A stretch of DNA of 47,901 nt, taken from contig VGKP01000004.1 in assembly GCA_016866975.1 (NCBI GenBank), forward strand, positions 1-47,901, in the 5' to 3' direction. Positions 8,971-14,848 of the stretch are shown here, one piece after another. The stretch is from Candidatus Pacearchaeota archaeon (GTDB taxonomy: Archaea; Nanobdellota; Nanobdellia; Pacearchaeales; GW2011-AR1). The position numbers and the translations under genes were made by a program. The first letter of the stretch is position 1, and each line of letters starts with the position of its first letter. The notes under the pieces were generated by a model that was given only the letters and a program-made list of their open reading frames with translations, was not told the origin of the DNA and did no database searches.

Positions 8971-9094
8971 TCATCAAAAAAACGATGCGCCACTGTGGCT
9001 TAAACGCCGCAGTTTGATGCAGGCGCTCGTTTTTTGGATGCTCAAGGAACAACTCCAGCTTAAAAGCTGGAGTTTTAGTCAAGTTCCTTGACAT
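8971..9094 (-). repeat. R-family bipartite structured element, divergent copy
   Basis: Same architecture and linkers as 33907-34025 and 39730-39848, with compensatory stem changes. Confidence 0.85.
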
Positions 9095-9183
9095 AAAAAT
9101 TGCCTATTTAAGTTTTTCTGTTTGAAAAATAGCTAAAAATTGGTTAAAACGGCGGTTAATATAGATTATGCGAACTAATTGGT

Positions 9184-9408
9184 TTATTTATGATTAACCG
9201 AGAAAATTTGTAGCAAATTATTAAGATGATACTTAAGAATACCTTCTCTCAAATCATTCCCCTCTTCTCCGTCAAGATCCTTGCTTCCTGCTTGTTTACG
9301 AAAAGCAATAATATCTTGAAAGTGAGCATCGGCTAATTTTGTTCCTGTCTCTAGAATATTCAAATATATTTGAAAGGTTTGCTTTTTAGGGGCAATAACC
9401 TTTATCAT
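9184..9408 (-). CDS. Hypothetical protein (74 aa)
   Basis: ORF co-oriented with its neighbours and followed by the array motif; no recognisable domain. Confidence 0.55.
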   Translation of the reverse strand: MIKVIAPKKQTFQIYLNILETGTKLADAHFQDIIAFRKQAGSKDLDGEEGNDLREGILKYHLNNLLQIFSVNHK

Positions 9409-9470
9409 CTCTGCTAAACCCTTAAATATAGAATGATGAATTTTCTAATTTATTTAAAGATTTGTATGAT

Positions 9471-9553
9471 CGGGCGTGTTCGGCGCTTCGCGCCTCACCT
9501 ATGTTTGAGGTTATTGTTTTAGACTTTGCCTGAGCCTTATACTTAAACGAACC
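9471..9553. repeat. S-family element: GC hairpin + TTGARGTTATTGTTTTAGA + TTAAACGAAC
   Basis: Collinear with 10535-10616 (83 vs 82 nt). Confidence 0.7.
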
Positions 9554-9592
9554 TTGTTGTTATGCTGAAAGTTATTGTAGATAGCTAAAAGA

Positions 9593-9769
9593 TTAAGCGG
9601 AGTGATTTCTACGGTAAAGATCGAGAATTCCCGTAATCAAAAGAAAAAGACCAACAGTGATCGCGAGTATATTTGGCCATATGAGGATGATTAATCCAAC
9701 AATGATTGAAAGTACAGACGTTAAATCTTGAGTGTTTGTGCTGTTTGAGTTGTTTGTTTTTTTAGGCAT
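9593..9769 (-). CDS. Small 2-TM protein resembling DUF3096 (58 aa; absent from the ORF track)
   Basis: Hand translation MPKKTNNSNSTNTQDLTSVLSIIVGLIILIWPNILAITVGLFLLITGILDLYRRNHSA; TATA (plus tttttata 9791-9798) 22 nt upstream. Confidence 0.75.
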   Translation of the reverse strand: MPKKTNNSNSTNTQDLTSVLSIIVGLIILIWPNILAITVGLFLLITGILDLYRRNHSA

Positions 9770-10040
9770 AGGTGTTTAAGAAAAAGAAAGTTTTTATACT
9801 TTTTGACGATTATGTATAAACACCATCTACTTTCATGTCTTATTGCTAACTTTTTCCGATGCAGTAAAATAATAGGTGATGCTATTGGTGTTCAAAGGCG
9901 TTTAAGATTTGGTAATTGCGGCGTTTTGAGCGAGAGGTTTATACTGAGGAGAAGAGAAAGGCATCATCGTTAGGTTTAATGTCTGCATAAACGAGGCAAT
10001 CGTGTCTCTGATGCAATTAATGCGAACTTATTTATAAAAG

Positions 10041-10068
10041 AGTTCGTATAAGGTAGCTTGTACGAAGT
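10041..10068. other. dif/lox-like tyrosine recombinase site (11-6-11)
   Basis: AGTTCGTATAA-GGTAGC-TTGTACGAAGT; the arms are inverted repeats (9/11 match). Confidence 0.6.
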
Positions 10069-10094
10069 ATTTTTTGGTTTATTAATGCGAATTT

Positions 10095-10496
10095 TTAGAA
10101 ACCGAGATTTTTCATATCTGTATATCCCCAATATCCGTTTTGCTTGTCTTCCTGTACTAATTGAGGAATTATATTTTCTAGAGAACGTGCAAGAGCTCTT
10201 CCTGAGTCTGTAAGGAGATAACCTATCTTATCCTCGCTTTCTCTCGCGCCCCGTATTCGTGCTTGACTCGCCATCCCTCGCCTTACTGCCTCTTGCAACA
10301 TGAATGCGCAATCCATATACTCTCGTTTATTTTTTGTTTCCCTGTATTTATTTAATCCTAACAGCTCCACTTTAACGCTGCCTGGAAAGTACGCCTCGTG
10401 AATAAATTTCTGAGTTGGTTCTTCTTTGGCTTTTTGCTCAAGACAATGGAGTGCATAAATACACGCATTAAATTTCTGCTGGTTGGTGTTAATCAT
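10095..10496 (-). CDS. Hypothetical protein, possibly winged-helix
   Basis: C-terminal GYLLTDSGRAL resembles a wHTH wing; TATA (plus tatttaac 10518-10525) 22 nt upstream. Confidence 0.65.
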   Translation of the reverse strand: MINTNQQKFNACIYALHCLEQKAKEEPTQKFIHEAYFPGSVKVELLGLNKYRETKNKREYMDCAFMLQEAVRRGMASQARIRGARESEDKIGYLLTDSGRALARSLENIIPQLVQEDKQNGYWGYTDMKNLGF

Positions 10497-10534
10497 TTTT
10501 TTAGAGATAAGGGGAGGTATTTAACTCTTTCTGT

Positions 10535-10616
10535 CGGGCGCGGTCGCGCCTGCGGCGCTCCTGGAGTTGAAGTTATTGTTTTAGATGTGGGGTGTGAGGA
10601 GAGATTAATACGAACT
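10535..10616. repeat. S-family element, second copy
   Basis: cgggcg + ggcgcggtcgcgcc hairpin + ttgaagttattgttttaga + ttaatacgaact. Confidence 0.7.
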
Positions 10617-10868
10617 TTAATGCTTGTAAATGTTCTTTCTATGCCCTATTTCGATGAGAAGAATGATAAGATTGCTCTCAATGATATCGAGAATTATTCG
10701 ATAGTCTCCTACGCGCAACTTAAATCCTGGTTCTCCGACTAGTTTTTCAACAAAATCTTGTGGACGAATCTTGATGCGTTCAAGGACAGAGATGATTCTT
10801 TCTTGGATTGATTTGTCCAGGTTTTTTAGTTGCCTTTCGACTTTATTAGGTATAATAATACTATACAT
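10617..10868 (-). CDS. relE: RelE/StbE-family type II toxin
   Basis: 83 aa with KLRVGDYRII and IEIGHRKNIY; start overlaps the antitoxin stop (TAATG). Confidence 0.92.
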   Translation of the reverse strand: MYSIIIPNKVERQLKNLDKSIQERIISVLERIKIRPQDFVEKLVGEPGFKLRVGDYRIILDIIESNLIILLIEIGHRKNIYKH

Positions 10869-11089
10869 TATGGGTCTAGATCTTCCTTCACTTGCTCGAA
10901 GGTTTTGTATTTGCCCTCGTTATATTCTTGTCGAGATTGAGCGATGCTTTTTTTCGTTTCTTCTGATAATTCAAGGCGATCTTCGATGAGATCCCAGAGA
11001 AGGTCTTCATAACTTTCCTTCTCGTGTAGTTTCATTACTTTGAGTTTGGCAAGGAGCTCAGTGCTCACTTGGATGGTGGTTTCTGCCAT
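10868..11089 (-). CDS. Cognate antitoxin (N-terminal RHH-like)
   Basis: TTIQVS N-terminal strand, acidic C-terminus, directly upstream of the toxin. Confidence 0.85.
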   Translation of the reverse strand: MAETTIQVSTELLAKLKVMKLHEKESYEDLLWDLIEDRLELSEETKKSIAQSRQEYNEGKYKTFEQVKEDLDP

Positions 11090-11094
11090 AATTA

Positions 11095-11119
11095 ATATAT
11101 ACTTGGCTATAGTATATAT
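11095..11119. promoter_or_regulatory. Inverted-repeat operator over the TA promoter
   Basis: atatatact-N7-agtatatat immediately upstream of the antitoxin ATG, overlapping the TATA box. Confidence 0.6.
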
Positions 11120-11237
11120 AGTTTTCTCTCGTGCTTAAGAATTCTGGTTGTGCTTAAAAGATTGAGCTTGATTTTTGACGTTAATGTTTGTGGTGTTTAA
11201 AAAAATAGTAGTGGCCCTGATGACTACAATAGGCGTC

Positions 11238-11306
11238 ATAAACCCATAAGAGGAGGTCCCATCCATCAAAAAGAGTGATGAAACGTCCTCTTCTGGGGAA
11301 AAGAGG
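11238..11306 (-). ncRNA. 69-bp direct repeat copy 2; candidate small RNA gene or attachment site
   Basis: TATA (plus tatttaaa 11332-11339) 26 nt from the repeat edge; a T-run follows on the minus strand near 11200. Confidence 0.5.
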
Positions 11307-11574
11307 CGATAAGATATCTAAGAATAGGTATTATTTAAATCTTATGCTGTGTTTATAGTTGTCGACGATAGAGAGAGTGTTTTTGAGTGTTTTTTGCTGT
11401 CTAAACAGATGTTTATATCTTAATATGTGGTGTTTGAGTAAATTAAATTGCTGTTTGAGGTGTCTTGCCCGAGTTTTTTGAAGTGTTTATGGGGTGTTGG
11501 AATGGTGTTTTTTATGCTTTTTTATCCTCGCTGATGTAGAAAGGTTTATAAAGTAGAGGTGTTGGTATACTATT

Positions 11575-12219
11575 ATGTTTGGTTGGTTATTCAAAAATAG
11601 AGAAAAAGAGAATGGTGATGAAATTCGAGAAAGCTTTTCTGCTGTAAAAAAAGACATGGATGTTGTAGGAAAGTGGATCAAACACCTTGATGGAGCAGAT
11701 AAACAGCTGTTTTCTATATTAAATTCAATAAAGTCTGATTTATCGAATATAAAAAATGAAATTGGAATAATAAGGGAAGAGGTTGATGCGATGAAGGAAG
11801 GCCATAATCATCAACAGGTGTTTGAAAATTTGCCTGTTTTAGGTAAACAAACAGGTGATGAAGATGTTTATACGGCTGTTCAAACGCCTGTTCAAACAGG
11901 TAATTTTTATGAGATTTTTAAGGGTTTAACCCCTCATGAGAGAGCATTGATATTTACATTAATGAATAGTGATCTAAAACTAAGTTATGAAGATTTGGCT
12001 TTGTTGATGGGGAAGGAAAAGTCAACGGTTAGAGGGCAAATAAATGCAATAAAGCAGAAGAGTGAGGGGCTGATTGAGGAGATTACAGAGAAAAATGGGA
12101 AAAAAAGAGTGTTTGTACCCCTAGAAATTAAGGAAAAACTGTCAAAATACGCAAAAGTGAGAGTTGGTAAAAAGAAGAAAGTTCGCGTTAATGCTGTTTC
12201 TGAGGAGAATTTGTCATGA
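11575..12219 (+). CDS. Coiled-coil / winged-helix DNA-binding protein (paralog A)
   Basis: N-terminal heptads, VQTPVQT linker, C-terminal HTH (LSYEDLALLMGKEKSTVRGQINAIK) plus wing. Confidence 0.8.
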   Translation: MFGWLFKNREKENGDEIRESFSAVKKDMDVVGKWIKHLDGADKQLFSILNSIKSDLSNIKNEIGIIREEVDAMKEGHNHQQVFENLPVLGKQTGDEDVYTAVQTPVQTGNFYEIFKGLTPHERALIFTLMNSDLKLSYEDLALLMGKEKSTVRGQINAIKQKSEGLIEEITEKNGKKRVFVPLEIKEKLSKYAKVRVGKKKKVRVNAVSEENLS

Positions 12220-12416
12220 AAAACAGAAAAGTGAGAGTTAAAGAGAGTGAATTTAGAGAAGTTTTTGGAGATTTTAGTCAAAAAAGTGAGGGAAGATGGG
12301 AGCATAAGAACGATCTTCCTGATGAGACAAGAAGTGAGTGCTTTGTGAAGAAAAATGGAAGGGAAATTTGGTTAGGAAAGGGTTAGTTTGCCGTCGCTAG
12401 ACTAAAAAAGTGAGTG
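12153..12416 (+). repeat. Five A(A/G)AAGTGAG iteron-like direct repeats
   Basis: Copies at 12153, 12227, 12282, 12330 and 12406. Confidence 0.55.
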
Positions 12417-12508
12417 CAAATAAATGATTTGATTGACCTTAATCGGATAACCGAATATCTATATCATTTTTAAGAGAGTTAGAGAGAGAAAATTGGTTAA
12501 ACGTACTT

Positions 12509-13429
12509 TTAGATGTCTCTGAGCTGGAAAATTGTGGGAAGAGAGGCTATTTTTTTAAGATCTGGAGAGATCTGAAGTATAATCTTCTTGTTATTTTCCT
12601 TAGTTTTAAGAATAGGTGAGCCTTTTTTAATGAGTTTTTGTACGTAATCACGTATAGAGCTCTCGGTCAAAGAGAGTTTTTGGGCTAAGAGAGGATAATC
12701 TACTGTAAATCCTTGTTCTTCTAATTGATAAATTGCAGAGAATACTTCCATCTCTTGTTTTGTGAGCCTCTTGAATTTTAAACGAACTTCTTTCTTTGCT
12801 TGATCTAGAGTCTCTAAGGCTTCTGAGATCTCGAATAGGTGCTGGAATGTGTGTTCTTGAGGGGTTCTAGAACCGATTTTTGTGTGTAAATGGATGTGCT
12901 GGTCTGTCTGCTGGTCTGTCTGTCTGTCTGCTGGAACCCCATCATTTCCACTGGAAACCATTGATTTTATGCCTTTTAGGACGTATTGATGTGGTTTTTG
13001 TGCTGGAATGCTGGAATTGGTGTGCTGGAATGCTGGGTTTTCTGGATTTTGTGCTGGAATAAGTGTGTTGGTCTGTCTGTCTGCTGAAGAGAACCTAGGT
13101 TCTCTCTCAACACTCTCCTCTTTTGATGAAGGGAAACTAAAATCTTTCTCAACACTCTCCTTCCTAAGGAAACCTTGGTTTCCTTGTGGGTCAACCTTCC
13201 TTTCAACAGGCCCTCCTGAAGGGAAACTAAAATCTTTCTCAACACTCTCCTTCCTAAGGAAACAAAGGTTTCCTTGTGGGTCAACCTTCCTTTCAACACT
13301 CTCCTCTTTTAGGATATCATCTAGTGTCTGTCTTAAGAAAGAAGTTTCTTCATTGAGAAAGGCTATTTGATCTTTGAGGTATTGAATATCTGCCTTTGCT
13401 TTCGCGAAGGCTTCTTTGATTGGGTCCAT
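12509..13429 (-). CDS. Coiled-coil / winged-helix DNA-binding protein (paralog B) with an in-frame repeat insertion
   Basis: N-terminal heptads, QTD-rich linker, C-terminal HTH (YPLLAQKLSLTESSIRDYVQKLIKKG); same layout as paralog A. Confidence 0.8.
   Translation of the reverse strand: MDPIKEAFAKAKADIQYLKDQIAFLNEETSFLRQTLDDILKEESVERKVDPQGNLCFLRKESVEKDFSFPSGGPVERKVDPQGNQGFLRKESVEKDFSFPSSKEESVEREPRFSSADRQTNTLIPAQNPENPAFQHTNSSIPAQKPHQYVLKGIKSMVSSGNDGVPADRQTDQQTDQHIHLHTKIGSRTPQEHTFQHLFEISEALETLDQAKKEVRLKFKRLTKQEMEVFSAIYQLEEQGFTVDYPLLAQKLSLTESSIRDYVQKLIKKGSPILKTKENNKKIILQISPDLKKIASLPTIFQLRDI
12936..12958 (-). promoter_or_regulatory. ORB-like box (origin recognition box) inside the CDS
   Basis: GTTTCCAGTGGAAATGATGGGGT: TTCCAGTGGAA dyad plus G-string, matching the archaeal ORB consensus. 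Confidence 0.65.
13084..13308. repeat. P-family hairpin mosaic inserted in frame in the CDS (contains a 90-bp period duplication)
   Basis: Modules gaagagaacc-NN-ggttctc, tcaacactctcc and ccttgtgggtcaaccttcc also occur intergenically at 33.7-33.9 and 43.3 kb. Confidence 0.85.
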
Positions 13430-13514
13430 TAGTCTGTGATGAGGTATTAGATTATAAGGATTTAGGTAGAGAAAAGAAAGGAGAATTTATATAGAAGCCA
13501 ATTGATAATAATAT

Positions 13515-13784
13515 ATGGATTGGTGGTTGGCAGCAAGCCTGGGTGTTGTGGGAGGACTTGCACGAGCGTGCTTTGGTCTTCTTCGAGCCCTCTCAAATCG
13601 AGAGAAGATAAGGGGAGAGTATTTTCTGACCTCTGTGGTAATTGCTGCACTTTTGGGAGGCATCCTGGGAACATTTCTAGATATAGATACCCGAGTTGCG
13701 GCACTCGCGGGATATGTTGGAACGGATATCTTGGAGAACCTTATCCCTGCGGCTGTTCCTAAAACTATCACTCTTAAACCATGA
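13515..13784 (+). CDS. Small 3-TM Gly-rich membrane protein (holin-like size and topology)
   Basis: Three hydrophobic segments and an AGYVGTD motif; ATGA overlap with the next gene. Confidence 0.7.
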   Translation: MDWWLAASLGVVGGLARACFGLLRALSNREKIRGEYFLTSVVIAALLGGILGTFLDIDTRVAALAGYVGTDILENLIPAAVPKTITLKP

Positions 13785-14065
13785 ACGAAGTCATCAATCA
13801 TCTTTTGATCTCGGCTCTCTTTGGAGTCTTGGGCGCGGTCCTGCGTGTTATTGTTACTGTCAAGAAAATGCAAGGCAGTGGAAGAAGTTTTGAGAGGGGA
13901 GCCTTCCTTGTTTACTTCCTCTGTGCATTAGTTATAGGTGCTTTTTCAGGGATTATTCTAGATTTCGGGAGAACCGGAAGCTTTCTTGCAGGATATGCGG
14001 GCGTTGATTTAATGAAGGGGTATGCTACTGCATTTAAGCGGACAAAGATTCAAGTTAAACGATAG
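13781..14065 (+). CDS. Paralogous small 3-TM membrane protein
   Basis: AGYAGVD motif and the same layout as the upstream gene. Confidence 0.7.
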   Translation: MNEVINHLLISALFGVLGAVLRVIVTVKKMQGSGRSFERGAFLVYFLCALVIGAFSGIILDFGRTGSFLAGYAGVDLMKGYATAFKRTKIQVKR

Positions 14066-14314
14066 TTAGAGGTCGATGTCTTTGCCCTTCTTACTAAAGG
14101 GGAGCCTGTGAGAAATAATGTAAGCTTCATCGATATCTTTTGGTCTTCCCCGCTTTCCTTTTTTTGGTTTTTTGTTTTGATTGTTCAAAAAGCAGTGCTC
14201 TCTCAAGGCATCTAATATGACTTGCTGCAGGGAAGAATAAGCGTAAACCTCTTTTTCGTGTTTGAGATAGGTATGAATCTGTTCTGGAAGGCTTAACAAT
14301 ACCTTTTTAGGCAT
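14066..14314 (-). CDS. Small RHH-like DNA-binding protein with an AT-hook-like KRGRPK
   Basis: N-terminal KKVLLSLP strand-helix pattern; RGRP core. Confidence 0.65.
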   Translation of the reverse strand: MPKKVLLSLPEQIHTYLKHEKEVYAYSSLQQVILDALREHCFLNNQNKKPKKGKRGRPKDIDEAYIISHRLPFSKKGKDIDL

Positions 14315-14447
14315 ATATCTTTTAATATCTTATTATATATAAATATATCCTCATTTCCAATGGTTATTGAGTTGCGTCGATAAAAATTACAAAATTAAAG
14401 GTATTTTAATTCTGGAATAAATGAATTAATTGGGAATTAATGGGGTC

Positions 14448-14738
14448 TCAAAGGATGCTTGGTTTGGTGTCCTGTTTCTTTTTATAGATATCATAGACCT
14501 CATTTGAAAGGCGCCAACGTCTGCGTTTCTTGTAATCTGTGCCATCTTTGTTCTTTGCAATCTCGATTATGAGGTGCTTCTTTTTGAGGTCTTGAAGAAG
14601 GGAAAGAGTAAACTCTTCATCTCGAGCTATTTCTCTGCTTATTTGGACAGTAAAGGCCGATTGAGGGGAGAGGGTAAAGAGATAGTGAAGTATTAGTTCT
14701 TGAATCTTATCTTTTTTCTGCTGAGATAGGGGAGGCAT
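14448..14738 (-). CDS. Small winged-helix protein
   Basis: FTVQISREIARDEEF...LQDLKKKHLI...RRRWRL pattern. Confidence 0.65.
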   Translation of the reverse strand: MPPLSQQKKDKIQELILHYLFTLSPQSAFTVQISREIARDEEFTLSLLQDLKKKHLIIEIAKNKDGTDYKKRRRWRLSNEVYDIYKKKQDTKPSIL

Positions 14739-14848
14739 AGAATAAAATAGAGAGTTGATTATATAAAGATTGTAGGTAGAGGGATAACTAAGAAAGAGAT
14801 AGTTTTATATAGAAATGAGCAAGAAAGTAATTACATTATTCTATTTTT

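Larger units (their letters stand above)
7986..11306 (-). mobile_element. Putative genomic island / cassette array bounded by 69-bp direct repeats (no integrase inside)
   Basis: Direct repeats at both ends; small co-oriented orphan genes with individual TATA boxes; TA module; recurring post-stop motif. Confidence 0.55.

Noticed and set aside
8888-9094. ORFs 8888-9094, 33889-34104 and 43303-43512 as proteins
   Set aside because: They are translations of the R and P/Q repeat elements; their shared peptides reflect DNA repeats.
9800-10015. Additional cassette gene between DUF3096-like gene and the dif-like site
   Set aside because: The minus-strand frame I translated gives only a 28-codon ORF with no clear promoter; possibly a decayed remnant.
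9471-10616. Canonical integron attC sites
   Set aside because: No matched RYYYAAC/GTTRRRY pair with extrahelical bases; the one ATTTAAC (10519-10525) is explained as a TATA box; no intI in the window.
7986-11306. Prophage or IS element
   Set aside because: No integrase, transposase, terminase or capsid gene, and no terminal inverted repeats.
12880-13370. Alternative-frame ORFs 12880-13062, 12976-13299 and 13008-13370
   Set aside because: Open frames caused by the stop-poor repeat insert within the wHTH gene.
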